Positions 37,124 to 46,693 of a DNA stretch of 64,000 nt are shown here, in pieces (position 1 is the stretch's first letter; the number at the start of each line of letters is the position of its first letter). Where the stretch lies: positions 146,248 to 210,247 of the forward strand of contig CAJUQR010000004.1 in NCBI GenBank assembly GCA_910588185.1. Reading direction: 5' to 3'. The notes beneath the pieces are model-generated. The model was not told the DNA's origin. It did no database searches and saw only the letters and a list, made by a program, of their open reading frames with translations. The DNA is from an uncultured Peptostreptococcaceae bacterium. GTDB lineage: Bacteria; Bacillota; Clostridia; Peptostreptococcales; Anaerovoracaceae. A program made the position numbers and the translations under genes.

Positions 37124-38581
37124 TTAAAAACTGTATCCATTGGTGTCGCAACATTGACATGCGATACTAAAGGTATTTGTTTGTCTTGCGTTATTGTTGC
37201 AACCACAGTTGTCGTGACATCCGCAACCGCAGTCGTTATTACGTCCGCATTCGTATCCATCATTGCATCCGCAGTTGTCATTGCAACCGCATCCATCGTT
37301 ACATCCACAGCCACAGTTGTCGTGACATCCGCAACCGCAGTCGTTGTTACGTCCGCAACCACATCCATCGTGACATCCGCAACCGCAGTCGTTATTACGT
37401 CCGCAACCACATCCGTCGTTACATCCGCATCCGCAGTTGTCATTGCATCCGCATCCATCGTTACATCCACAGCCACAGTTGTCGTGACATCCGCAACCGC
37501 AGTCGTTGTTACATCCGCATCCGCAGTTGTCATTGCAACCACATCCACAGTTGTCGTTTCCAGTCATGGTAAGAAGTTCTCCCACTCTGTTTGGCGTATC
37601 ATGACCACAGCAGCAGTTATCTACTTTGCCTAAGCATGGTCTTTCTGCCGGGTTGCAAGCGCTGCACTGACCTACGTCATCACAAGGAAGATTTATTTCC
37701 TTAGCATCAAGGTTAAACAGTGATAATCTTGTTACTCTGAGACGAAGCTGAGGAGTAACTACGAGTGAACCTGTTAGAGTTATTGTGCCGTCGGCGGCCG
37801 CAGTCAAAGTAGGATTTAATATGGAAGCACATGCATCAAAATCAAGAAGGAGAGAAGGCGATACTCCGTTGATTTGACAAGGAATTTCTACTCCGCAAAG
37901 TGCAAATGCGGAAGCTCCTGTAACAGCAAATGGGGTACCATCTACCGTTGAATAGCATAATCTAAATTGACAGGCAGAACCGCCGTCGTAAACTGTACCC
38001 TCTAAAACGATAGTGGCAACCAGACTCCAAGGACCAGCAGCAGAAGCCATAACAAAGTTACCCGGACAGTTATTTAAACATGATGAAGAACAAGCACACT
38101 TTGTTATTTCAGGCATTATACCGCTGATGTCTCCTACATATTGACCACCTGATGCAGTAATTCCTGTGATTGCAGTTCCATCCACAGTTACGGCAAGATC
38201 AGCCGGAAGGGTAGGTTCTGTCAGATCAAAGGAGTGAGTTACAACATAAGCATTAGTTACATCAAATGTCGTAGCTGCAGTAACGGTAATGTTGCAGCAG
38301 TCATTACAGCAACAGCAGCAGTTACAACCGCAGCCGCAGTTATTATTGCAGCCACAATTATTGTTACAACCGCAGCCACAGTTGTCATGACAACCGCAGC
38401 CACAGTTATTATTACATACACTGCCTCCTATACTGAGCTGTTGAGTAAATGTAGCTGGTGTAGTAGTCAGTGCAGTCATTATAGGTGAGGCGTTTTCCTG
38501 TCCATCATAAAATACTTTATTAAGATAAACGAGGTTGCCTCTTTGATTTGCACATGAACAATTATTTTGTAAACAATTCAT
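37124..38581 (-). CDS. Hyper-cysteine repeat protein of unknown family (485 aa, about 17% Cys)
   Basis: Longest ORF of the region. ATG 38581 lies 8 nt after GAGAGGA. A non-repetitive core is flanked by CGCGC-[NH][ND][NDG] arrays. Confidence 0.75.
   Translation of the reverse strand: MNCLQNNCSCANQRGNLVYLNKVFYDGQENASPIMTALTTTPATFTQQLSIGGSVCNNNCGCGCHDNCGCGCNNNCGCNNNCGCGCNCCCCCNDCCNITVTAATTFDVTNAYVVTHSFDLTEPTLPADLAVTVDGTAITGITASGGQYVGDISGIMPEITKCACSSSCLNNCPGNFVMASAAGPWSLVATIVLEGTVYDGGSACQFRLCYSTVDGTPFAVTGASAFALCGVEIPCQINGVSPSLLLDFDACASILNPTLTAAADGTITLTGSLVVTPQLRLRVTRLSLFNLDAKEINLPCDDVGQCSACNPAERPCLGKVDNCCCGHDTPNRVGELLTMTGNDNCGCGCNDNCGCGCNNDCGCGCHDNCGCGCNDGCGCNDNCGCGCNDGCGCGRNNDCGCGCHDGCGCGRNNDCGCGCHDNCGCGCNDGCGCNDNCGCNDGYECGRNNDCGCGCHDNCGCNNNARQTNTFSIACQCCDTNGYSF
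37190..37558 (-). repeat. Degenerate 24-bp (8-codon) tandem repeats encoding the C-terminal CGCGC-xxx array
   Basis: About 16 units. The higher-order unit starting RNNDCGCGCHD occurs three times. Confidence 0.85.
38294..38416 (-). repeat. Tandem repeats encoding the N-terminal CGCGC-xxx array and a CCCCC run
   Basis: CNNNCGCGCHDNCGCGCNNNCGCNNNCGCGCNCCCCCNDCC. Confidence 0.85.
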
Positions 38582-38620
38582 TTTTAACAATCCTCTCTTT
38601 ATAAATAAACTGAGATGATA

Positions 38621-38648
38621 TAGTATATGCTTTCCTTAAATTGGTGGT
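38621..38648 (-). promoter_or_regulatory. Sigma-K-type promoter match upstream of the Cys-rich gene
   Basis: AC-N17-CATAtacTA on the minus strand, about 45 nt upstream of the ATG. The motif is short, so chance cannot be excluded. Confidence 0.3.
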
Positions 38649-38677
38649 GAAAAAATATCAAAAATAGATAAAAACTA

Positions 38678-38706
38678 TTGCTAAGTGTAATAAAGTGGTG
38701 TATAGT
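38678..38706 (+). promoter_or_regulatory. Candidate sigma-A promoter of the dcw operon (Pmra)
   Basis: TTGCTA-N17-TATAGT, about 60 nt upstream of the mraZ ATG. Confidence 0.5.
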
Positions 38707-38709
38707 GGT
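38685..38709 (+). promoter_or_regulatory. Three direct GTG[GT][TA] pentamers at 10-bp period (MraZ-box-like operator)
   Basis: GTGTA 38685, GTGGT 38695 and GTGGT 38705 overlap the promoter spacer and -10. The layout matches the known MraZ operator of three repeats with 5-nt spacers. Confidence 0.45.
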
Positions 38710-38765
38710 AGATAATAAAAATAATTATTGTGGAGACGTGTCTAAAGGAAGGAGGAACATCCAAA

Positions 38766-39197
38766 ATGTTCATGGGAACAACATACAATTCCATAGATGA
38801 AAAAAACAGGATGATTGTTCCTTCTAAACTAAGGGCGGGTCTTGGCAGCAGATGTATCCTTACTAAGGGACTGGATCATTGTCTCTATATTTATACAACA
38901 GAAGCCTGGGATAAACAGATGGATAAAATATCAAAGCTTCCAGAGTCTGATCCTAAGGTAAGAGCATTTATCAGACATTTTTGTGCAAATGCTGCTGAAT
39001 GTGAATTTGATAAACAAGGAAGAATTGTAATTCCGCAAGAACTTAAAAATTATGCCAAGATTGAAAAAGAATTGGTGACTATGGGCGCTATGTCTAAAAT
39101 AGAAGTTTGGAGCAAAGATGTATGGGATGCTCCAGACAATGAAAATAAAATGGATGCAGATGATTTTGCCAACGCTTTGGCAGAGTACAACTTCTAG
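38766..39197 (+). CDS. mraZ: Transcriptional regulator MraZ
   Basis: MFMGTTYNSIDEKNRMIVPSKLR and a second SpoVT/AbrB-like half. The start is moved to ATG 38766 after GGAAGGAGG. Confidence 0.9.
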   Translation: MFMGTTYNSIDEKNRMIVPSKLRAGLGSRCILTKGLDHCLYIYTTEAWDKQMDKISKLPESDPKVRAFIRHFCANAAECEFDKQGRIVIPQELKNYAKIEKELVTMGAMSKIEVWSKDVWDAPDNENKMDADDFANALAEYNF

Positions 39198-39212
39198 CAG
39201 GAGGCATCAGTT

Positions 39213-40148
39213 ATGGATTTTAAACATGAACCCGTGCTGTTTGACCAATGCATTAAAGGTCTTGAGATAAAGCCTGATGGAGTATATGTGGACGGAACCC
39301 TTGGTGGGGGAGGCCATAGTACAGGTATTTGCAGTGCTTTGAATGAAAACGGAACGCTTATTGGTATAGATAGAGATAAAGATGCTCTTGCGGCGGCCTC
39401 AAAAAGACTTGAAAAATTTAATTGCCGCAAACTGTTTGTTCAGAGCAATTATTCAGATATAAAAGATATTTTACACCAGGTTGGCATAGATAAAATAGAC
39501 GGAGCGCTTCTTGATCTAGGTGTTTCATCATTCCAGCTTGATAATCCTGAAAGAGGATTTTCATATATGAATCAGGCTACGCTCGATATGAGGATGAGCC
39601 AAGAAGATAGTTTTACTGCTTTTGATGTAGTTAATGAATATGATAAAAACCACCTTACAAATATAATTTCAAAATACGGCGAAGAAAGATGGGCGTCAAG
39701 AATTGCTGATTTTATAGTTAAAGCTCGAAAGGACAAGCCTATAGAGACTACCTTTGAATTAGTAGATGTGATAAAGGCGGCAATTCCGGCATCAGCCAGG
39801 AGAACGGGACCACATCCGGCAAAAAGGACGTTTCAAGCTATAAGAATTGAAGTGAACGATGAGCTTTCACAGCTTGAAAAAGCTGTAGAAGAGTTCTGTG
39901 ACGTACTCAATGTTAATGGCAGGTTGTGTATAATAACTTTCCATTCGCTGGAGGATAGGATAGTTAAAGATATATTTAATAAGAGAGCTAATCCTTGCAC
40001 ATGTCCTAAAGAATTTCCTGTGTGTGTGTGCGGAAAAAGAGCAGATGTTAAAAAAATTACAGGCAAACCTATTCAGCCTGTTGAACAAGAAAAAGAGGAC
40101 AACCCTAGATCAAGAAGCGCCAAGCTGCGCATTATAGAAAAAATCTAG
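39213..40148 (+). CDS. rsmH: 16S rRNA (cytosine1402-N4)-methyltransferase
   Basis: HEPVL, DGTLGGGGH, FHSLEDR. Confidence 0.9.
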   Translation: MDFKHEPVLFDQCIKGLEIKPDGVYVDGTLGGGGHSTGICSALNENGTLIGIDRDKDALAAASKRLEKFNCRKLFVQSNYSDIKDILHQVGIDKIDGALLDLGVSSFQLDNPERGFSYMNQATLDMRMSQEDSFTAFDVVNEYDKNHLTNIISKYGEERWASRIADFIVKARKDKPIETTFELVDVIKAAIPASARRTGPHPAKRTFQAIRIEVNDELSQLEKAVEEFCDVLNVNGRLCIITFHSLEDRIVKDIFNKRANPCTCPKEFPVCVCGKRADVKKITGKPIQPVEQEKEDNPRSRSAKLRIIEKI

Positions 40149-40190
40149 AGGAAACATTTAAACAAGTGATTAATTTATAAGAGGGATAAG

Positions 40191-40652
40191 ATGGCTACAG
40201 CGAGAAGAGCCTATACGTCTGAATATCAATATGGCTTTGCGCCTGAAGTAAGGCCTGAGAGAGTAAGACGTACAAGGCAGAGACCTGAAGTAAATAATAA
40301 GCCTAAGCAGGAACAGGAAGTAATACTGACTCCTGCCAATTTGCGTATCCTCATAATGGCAGTGGTTCTCATAGGAGCATTGTTTATAGGTATGGTTGTG
40401 GTCAATGCACAAGCTGCAAAATATCAGTACAATATCAATCAGCTCAGGAATCAAAACAATATACTTGAAAATGATATAAATGTATTGAATATGAAGATAG
40501 AGAGGGAAACCGGAATAGGTAACCTTGAGCAGTATGCTACAGAGGAACTTGGAATGATTTATCCAAAAGGAGATCAATGTATACATGTTTCCTCACTGGA
40601 ATCTGGCGAGGGAAGCTTGGCAGATTTGATAAAACAAAAGGCATATGAATAA
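40191..40652 (+). CDS. ftsL: Cell division protein FtsL-like (single TM plus coiled coil)
   Basis: Position between rsmH and the PBP gene. One TM helix followed by heptad repeats. Confidence 0.65.
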   Translation: MATARRAYTSEYQYGFAPEVRPERVRRTRQRPEVNNKPKQEQEVILTPANLRILIMAVVLIGALFIGMVVVNAQAAKYQYNINQLRNQNNILENDINVLNMKIERETGIGNLEQYATEELGMIYPKGDQCIHVSSLESGEGSLADLIKQKAYE

Positions 40653-40701
40653 TTCGATTTTCAATACAGTATAAATATAAAAAGATAATTTCATAGATAA
40701 G

Positions 40702-40752
40702 AAAGCCAGACAACTTAATATAAAGAATATGTCTGGCTTTATATATTTTTAT
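40702..40752 (+). terminator. Hairpin with T-rich tail inside the dcw cluster
   Basis: AAAGCCAGAC/GTCTGGCTTT stem with a 19-nt loop, then ATATATTTTTATT. Confidence 0.35.
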
Positions 40753-40768
40753 TAGGAGCTTAAAAGAT

Positions 40769-42751
40769 ATGGCAAGAACGTCAGTTAGTGTAAAAAACAA
40801 AAGAAGAATTGCGATAGGTTTTTTGGTTATAGCAGTGCTTATGTTGCTATTGATTTTTAGAGTGGCATGGATTCAGGTTGTTCAAGCTGATGAACTTACA
40901 GAAAAGGCCATACAGCAGCAGACCAGTGATATACCTATTGCAGCTAAAAGAGGTATAATATATGACAGAAACGGCAAAGAACTTGCAACAAGTCTTACTT
41001 GTTATTCCCTTTGGGTAAGACCTGCTCAGCTTGCAGAAAATTTGGATGAAGAAAAAATCAATAAGCTTGCAGATGATTTATCGGCTATAGTTGAAATGAA
41101 ACCAAATAAGATCAAGGAAAGGTTGACTAAGAAGCAAGCTCTTGTTAAGGTCGCGAAAGAACTTGAAAAGACTCAGGCAGATAAGATAAGAGAACTTGGA
41201 ATAAGTGGTCTTGAGCTTTCCGAAGATACAAAAAGGCATTATCCGCTTGGCAATTTTGCATCTCAGCTTCTCGGAAGTGTGACAGATGACGGAACAGGAC
41301 GAACAGGTATAGAGCTTGAGTACGATCAATATCTCAGCGGAGTTGCCGGTAGATGGGTTAAAAATACTGATGTTACAGGTAATCAATTAGTTGATGGCTC
41401 AGAGGAATACCATGAGGCACAAAATGGTCTCAATGTAGTACTTAGTATCGATGAGGCAATTCAATATTATGCTGAAAAGGCCCTTGAAGAAGGTATGGAA
41501 AAGACCGGAGCTGACAGGATTATGTGTCTTGTTATGGATCCTGAGACAGGAGAAATTTTGGCAAGTGCCATTACACCGGGATTTGATCCAAACAATGCAA
41601 CAGAACCTGATGATAAAGAAGAAGCTAAAAAATTTGAAAAGCTTTCCGAAAAAGACCAGACGAATTATCTTTTCAAGCTTTGGAGAAATCCTGTAGTCAG
41701 CGATACATACGAACCGGGATCTACGTTTAAGCTTATAACATCGTCTTCTGCACTTGAAGAAGGAGCTATAACCACAACAGATACTTTTAACTGTAATACT
41801 AAGATAAATGTTGCAGGTGTTACTTTGCACTGCTGGAGCACCAGAGATCACGGTACGCAAACTATCAAACAGGCTATAGCAAACTCTTGTAATCCTGTGC
41901 ATGCACAGGTAGCGGCTAAACTTGGCAAAGAGAATTTTTATAAATACCTTGATTTATATGGAATAACTTCTAAAACAGGTGTCGATTATCCAGGAGAGAC
42001 CAGCTCTATAACTTACGCTTTGGAAGATGTGGGCCCTGTTGAACTTGCTACCATAGGCTATGGACAGAGTATATCCGTTACACCTATACAACTTTTGACA
42101 GCAGTATGTTCCATAGGAAATGATGGGGTTTTACTTCAGCCACACTATATAAAAGCTTTGACGGATGAAAATGGCAAGGTAGTAAAAAAATATGATAAGA
42201 CAGAGGTGCGAAGAGTAATTTCTTCTGATACAGCTAAAGAAATGAGAGAAATGATGGAGTATGCTGTTACTGACGGGGGAGCTGGCGGTGCAAAACTTGC
42301 AGGATATCGTGTAGGAGGAAAAACAGGTACAGCCAATAAAGTAGAAGATGGAAAATACGGAAAGAATTATTACAGTTCGTTCATAGGTATGGCACCTATG
42401 GATGATCCTAAAGTTGCAATACTGGTAGTAGTAGACAGCCCGAAGGGATCGTACTATGGATCACTTGTAGCGTGTCCTATAGCTAAAAGCATACTTACAG
42501 ATACACTTAGATATATGAATGTGGAACCTCAGTATACTGACGAAGAAAAAGCTATGATGGAGAGTAAATATACTACTGTTCCTAACATAGTGGGTCACGA
42601 ATATAGTGAGGCAGCAGGAATACTTGCAGGTAAAAACCTTAACTGCAAATCTCCTGAAGGCGCAGGTGAAAATTATATAGTAAGCGCCCAATACCCTGCG
42701 GCAGGAACAAAAGTTAAAGTGGGCAGTGATGTATACGCATATAATAAATAA
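40769..42751 (+). CDS. Class B penicillin-binding protein (FtsI/SpoVD type) with a C-terminal PASTA domain
   Basis: N-terminal TM, PBP dimerisation domain, and transpeptidase motifs STFK, SxN-type (ANSCN) and KTGT. Confidence 0.85.
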   Translation: MARTSVSVKNKRRIAIGFLVIAVLMLLLIFRVAWIQVVQADELTEKAIQQQTSDIPIAAKRGIIYDRNGKELATSLTCYSLWVRPAQLAENLDEEKINKLADDLSAIVEMKPNKIKERLTKKQALVKVAKELEKTQADKIRELGISGLELSEDTKRHYPLGNFASQLLGSVTDDGTGRTGIELEYDQYLSGVAGRWVKNTDVTGNQLVDGSEEYHEAQNGLNVVLSIDEAIQYYAEKALEEGMEKTGADRIMCLVMDPETGEILASAITPGFDPNNATEPDDKEEAKKFEKLSEKDQTNYLFKLWRNPVVSDTYEPGSTFKLITSSSALEEGAITTTDTFNCNTKINVAGVTLHCWSTRDHGTQTIKQAIANSCNPVHAQVAAKLGKENFYKYLDLYGITSKTGVDYPGETSSITYALEDVGPVELATIGYGQSISVTPIQLLTAVCSIGNDGVLLQPHYIKALTDENGKVVKKYDKTEVRRVISSDTAKEMREMMEYAVTDGGAGGAKLAGYRVGGKTGTANKVEDGKYGKNYYSSFIGMAPMDDPKVAILVVVDSPKGSYYGSLVACPIAKSILTDTLRYMNVEPQYTDEEKAMMESKYTTVPNIVGHEYSEAAGILAGKNLNCKSPEGAGENYIVSAQYPAAGTKVKVGSDVYAYNK

Positions 42752-42774
42752 TTAAATAAATCTTAGGAGCAAGC

Positions 42775-44274
42775 ATGAATCTTACGACTTTGTTAAACTC
42801 TATGGATTATCAATCAATTGGAGAAACAAAGGATAAAGAAATAGAATCACTTGTATACCATTCAGATGATGCAAAATCTAAAAGCGTTTTTTTCGCTATA
42901 GAAGGACGCAATACAGATGGAGAAAAATATATATCAGATGTCATATCAAAAGGCTGTAAAGCAATAGTAGTGTCTGAAGAATATGATACTAAAGCTGTGC
43001 AAAATGACTATCAAAAAGATGTCGCTTTTATAAAAGTAAAAGACGTGCGAAGAAGCATGGCTCAAATGGCAGCCAAGTTTTTCCAAAACCCGTCAAAAGA
43101 TTTGTTTACTATAGGAATTACAGGAACTAAAGGCAAGAGCAGCACATCTTATATGATATGGAGAATATTAGAAGAAGCCGGCATTAATACAGGCATAATA
43201 GGTACTATGTTTACAGGATATTCGGGGAATTTGGAGGAAGCTAAGAACACTACACCTCAATCTGTAGACATACAAAAGATGTTAAAATCCATGAAGGATG
43301 CAGGATGCAAAGCTGCGGTCATAGAAGTTTCATCACAAGGTTTGATGCAAGAAAGAACTGATTTTGTGAATTTTGATATAGGCGTTTTTACTAATATGAG
43401 CCCTGATCATATAGGAGAAGGTGAACATAAAAATTATGAAGAATATAAGTACTGGAAAAGCTGTTTATTTAAACAATGCAAAAGAGCAGTTATGAATTTA
43501 GACGACGAGGAATATAAATTCATGCTTGAGGATTCCAGCGTTGAAAGAACCGTATTCTATGGAAAAGATAAAAGAGCAGATTTTATCATAAAAGATATGG
43601 AATTATGGAGTGAAAACGGCTGCTTAGGAGTAAAATATCAGTTAGAAACAAAAAAACCATATGAAGATGGTTTGATTCATGACATAACCTTAGAGCTCCC
43701 GGGAGATTTTAATTCTTATAATGGGACTGCTGCAATTGCAGTTACAAGAATGCTGGGAGTTCCATGGAATATAATAAAAAATACGTTAAAAAATATAAAA
43801 ATACCCGGAAGAGCTGAAACCGTTGATGTATCAAAAGATTTTACAGCGATGGTAGATTATGCTCATAATGGAAAGGCGCTTGAAAGTCTTTTGTCTAACT
43901 TAAAAAAATATAAACCGTCAAGACTTATAGTGGTGTTTGGATGCGGAGGAAACAGAGATAAAAATAGACGCGTTGAGATGGGAAAGGCAGCCTCTGAACT
44001 TTCGGATGTTATAATAGTCACATCTGATAATCCCAGAAATGAAAATCCAAATGTAATTATAGAAGATATTAAAGATAATATAAAGAATATTGACAAAGTA
44101 CTTACCGTTCCTGACAGACGTGAGGCCATAGGTACGGCCATCAAAGTCGCACATGAAGGAGACATTGTAATAATAGCCGGTAAGGGACATGAAACATATC
44201 AGATAATAGGTGATAATATAATTCATTTTGACGACAGAGAAGAATTATTATCATTTAGAAAGGAAAGTGAATGA
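42775..44274 (+). CDS. murE: UDP-MurNAc-L-Ala-D-Glu:meso-diaminopimelate ligase
   Basis: GITGTKGKSS P-loop. The DNPR motif (TSDNPRNE) is typical of mDAP-adding enzymes. Confidence 0.9.
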   Translation: MNLTTLLNSMDYQSIGETKDKEIESLVYHSDDAKSKSVFFAIEGRNTDGEKYISDVISKGCKAIVVSEEYDTKAVQNDYQKDVAFIKVKDVRRSMAQMAAKFFQNPSKDLFTIGITGTKGKSSTSYMIWRILEEAGINTGIIGTMFTGYSGNLEEAKNTTPQSVDIQKMLKSMKDAGCKAAVIEVSSQGLMQERTDFVNFDIGVFTNMSPDHIGEGEHKNYEEYKYWKSCLFKQCKRAVMNLDDEEYKFMLEDSSVERTVFYGKDKRADFIIKDMELWSENGCLGVKYQLETKKPYEDGLIHDITLELPGDFNSYNGTAAIAVTRMLGVPWNIIKNTLKNIKIPGRAETVDVSKDFTAMVDYAHNGKALESLLSNLKKYKPSRLIVVFGCGGNRDKNRRVEMGKAASELSDVIIVTSDNPRNENPNVIIEDIKDNIKNIDKVLTVPDRREAIGTAIKVAHEGDIVIIAGKGHETYQIIGDNIIHFDDREELLSFRKESE

Positions 44275-45662
44275 AAACATTTACCATAGGTGAAATTGTA
44301 AAAGCTACAAACGGTCAGTTGATATGCGGAACAGATGATTATAAGGTTATGAGGTTTTCTATAGATTCTAGAGATATAGAAGACGGGGATATTTTTTGGC
44401 CTACTATAGGAGCAAGAAACGACGCTCATGACTTTATAAAACAGGTAATAGATAAGGGCTGCAAATCTTTTGTGGTATCTGATCTTGAGAAGGTTCCGCA
44501 AGGCAGCAGGGAAGGTCTTAATATAATCTTAGTCGAAGATACTGTTAAAGCTCTCCAAGCTTTGTCTGCATATTATATCAAGACTCTGCCTTTGAAGAAA
44601 AAAATAGGTGTCACAGGAAGTGTTGGCAAAACCAGTACAAGAGATATGATATATTATGTAGCATCGGCAAAGTACAAGACAGGAAGAAACAAAAAAAATT
44701 ATAACAGCGGCATAGGACTGCCTTTGTCTATCCTGGAGCTTGATACTGATACAGAAGTTGCGGTACTTGAGATGGCTATGGATACGTATGGTGAAATAAG
44801 GCTTTTAGCCGACATAGTGAGACCTGATATAGCTGTGATTACTCATATAACGTCAGTAAATTTGCTTAGCATGGGTAATCTTGAAAATATATTGAAAGCT
44901 AAGATGGAGATTACTTCGTTTTTTGATAAAGATTCAACTCTCGTAGTTAACAGCTCATGTTCTATGCTTAAACCTGAAAAGGTAGCAGGTGAATATAAGT
45001 TAATTACAGTTGATACAGAAAAAGACAGCGACTATCAAGTTTCAGATATTTGTGATTTTGGTGACAGAGGTATAAAATACACTTTGAGCCGCAAAGATAA
45101 ACAATATGAGGTTAATCTTCCTACAGCTGGAGGACATAATGCAATAAACGCTTCCCTTGCAATTGCAGTAGGAGAACTTTTGGGAGTAGATCCAAAAGAG
45201 GCGATAGAAGGTCTGAAAAATGCTCAGCTTACAGGGAAAAGACTGAATATACGCCGGAATAATAATATTAAAGTGATAGATGATACGTACAATGCTTGTG
45301 AAGATTCAATAAAATCTGCAATTAATACGTTGATATCTACAGACGGAAAGAGAAAAGTTGCTATTTTAGGCGATATAATAGGGCTTGCCCATAAATCAGA
45401 AGAAGGACATCGCTTGGTAGGCAGATATGCAGCAGAAAAAAGTGTTGATTTGCTCATAGCGATCGGAGATGATGCCAGATATTATGCAGAAGGCGCCGCA
45501 GAAATTATGAATAAAGACAAAGTTATGTATTTTTCACATAAAAAGGACTTTATCCAAGTGAAAGATAAGCTGATTAAAAGCGGTGATGTGGTGCTGGTTA
45601 AAGCGTCACGAGGAATGGAACTTGAGGAAATCGTAGAAGAAATATTAAAGGACAAAAAGTAA
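44271..45662 (+). CDS. murF: UDP-MurNAc-tripeptide:D-Ala-D-Ala ligase
   Basis: GVTGSVGKTST P-loop. ATGA overlap with murE. Confidence 0.9.
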   Translation: MKTFTIGEIVKATNGQLICGTDDYKVMRFSIDSRDIEDGDIFWPTIGARNDAHDFIKQVIDKGCKSFVVSDLEKVPQGSREGLNIILVEDTVKALQALSAYYIKTLPLKKKIGVTGSVGKTSTRDMIYYVASAKYKTGRNKKNYNSGIGLPLSILELDTDTEVAVLEMAMDTYGEIRLLADIVRPDIAVITHITSVNLLSMGNLENILKAKMEITSFFDKDSTLVVNSSCSMLKPEKVAGEYKLITVDTEKDSDYQVSDICDFGDRGIKYTLSRKDKQYEVNLPTAGGHNAINASLAIAVGELLGVDPKEAIEGLKNAQLTGKRLNIRRNNNIKVIDDTYNACEDSIKSAINTLISTDGKRKVAILGDIIGLAHKSEEGHRLVGRYAAEKSVDLLIAIGDDARYYAEGAAEIMNKDKVMYFSHKKDFIQVKDKLIKSGDVVLVKASRGMELEEIVEEILKDKK

Positions 45663-45674
45663 GGAGATTAAAGA

Positions 45675-46664
45675 ATGGAACCACTGATATTCCCTATTAT
45701 AGCACTAATCTCAGCATGGATATTAGGCGCACTTTTTACAAAAGTGCTGATTCCTTTTATGGAAAAGAAACAGTTTAGGCAGTTTGTAAGAGAGGAAGGT
45801 CCAAAGTCACACTTAAAAAAGACAGGTACGCCCAGTATGGGAGGTACAGCTATAATATCAGCGACTTGTATAGTCGCTTTGATTGTAGCGGCTTTTGCAG
45901 GAAGACTGAACATTCAGGTTATCGGAGTCTTGGCTGCAATGGTATTGTTTGGGATTATAGGATTTATAGATGATTATGAAAAAGCCATAAAGAAGAATAA
46001 TCTGGGTCTCAGTCCTAAGCAGAAAATTGTGATGCAATTTGTTTTCTCTGCTGCATTTGGCATATTTGCCATGTTTTTCTCTGGTGGGGATATGATAAAG
46101 GGTACAGAAATCTGGATACCGGTATTTAATGTGACTTTTGATATCGGAGTATTTTATGTACCGTTTGTTATGTTTGTGATGATTGCTTTCAGTAATTCTG
46201 TCAATCTTACGGATGGCCTTGACGGATTGGCATCAGGCATAACTGCGATGGTCTCTTTCTTTGTGCTTATAGCCGGCTGTACTTTTGGATATTTAAGCAT
46301 TCCTATAGTATTCGGCGCAGTTGCGGGAGGATGCCTTGGATTTTTAATGTTTAACAAGAATCCTGCAAAAATATTCATGGGTGATACGGGTTCTATGGCT
46401 CTCGGAGGTGTGCTTGCTGCCGGAGCTCTGATGATGAAAATAGAGTTTTTGCTTGCAGTTGCAGGAATAGTATATGTTGCAGAAGCTCTTTCCGTAATAA
46501 TACAAGTAACTTATTTTAAGAAGACTAAGAAGAGAATCTTTAAGATGGCGCCGCTTCATCATCATTTTGAACTCTGCGGAATGAATGAAAAAAAGGTGGT
46601 TCTGATGTTTTGGGCAGCGGCATTCGTCTGCTGTGTAGTTGCAATACTACTTATGAATATATGA
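45675..46664 (+). CDS. mraY: Phospho-MurNAc-pentapeptide translocase
   Basis: GTPSMGG, NLTDGLDGLA, MGDTGS and APLHHHFE motifs. Confidence 0.95.
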   Translation: MEPLIFPIIALISAWILGALFTKVLIPFMEKKQFRQFVREEGPKSHLKKTGTPSMGGTAIISATCIVALIVAAFAGRLNIQVIGVLAAMVLFGIIGFIDDYEKAIKKNNLGLSPKQKIVMQFVFSAAFGIFAMFFSGGDMIKGTEIWIPVFNVTFDIGVFYVPFVMFVMIAFSNSVNLTDGLDGLASGITAMVSFFVLIAGCTFGYLSIPIVFGAVAGGCLGFLMFNKNPAKIFMGDTGSMALGGVLAAGALMMKIEFLLAVAGIVYVAEALSVIIQVTYFKKTKKRIFKMAPLHHHFELCGMNEKKVVLMFWAAAFVCCVVAILLMNI

Positions 46665-46693
46665 TTTTATTTTAGGAATCGAGGTGGCAGTCA

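Noticed and set aside
37120-37633. Long ORFs in other frames over the Cys-repeat tract: 37154-37633 (+), 37177-37572 (+), 37120-37548 (-), and 38234-38488 (+) over the N-terminal array.
   Set aside because: They are shadow frames of the 24-bp repeats and translate to low-complexity T/V/A/S or R/H/I strings. They have no RBS and lie wholly inside the 485-aa ORF, which continues through a non-repetitive domain.
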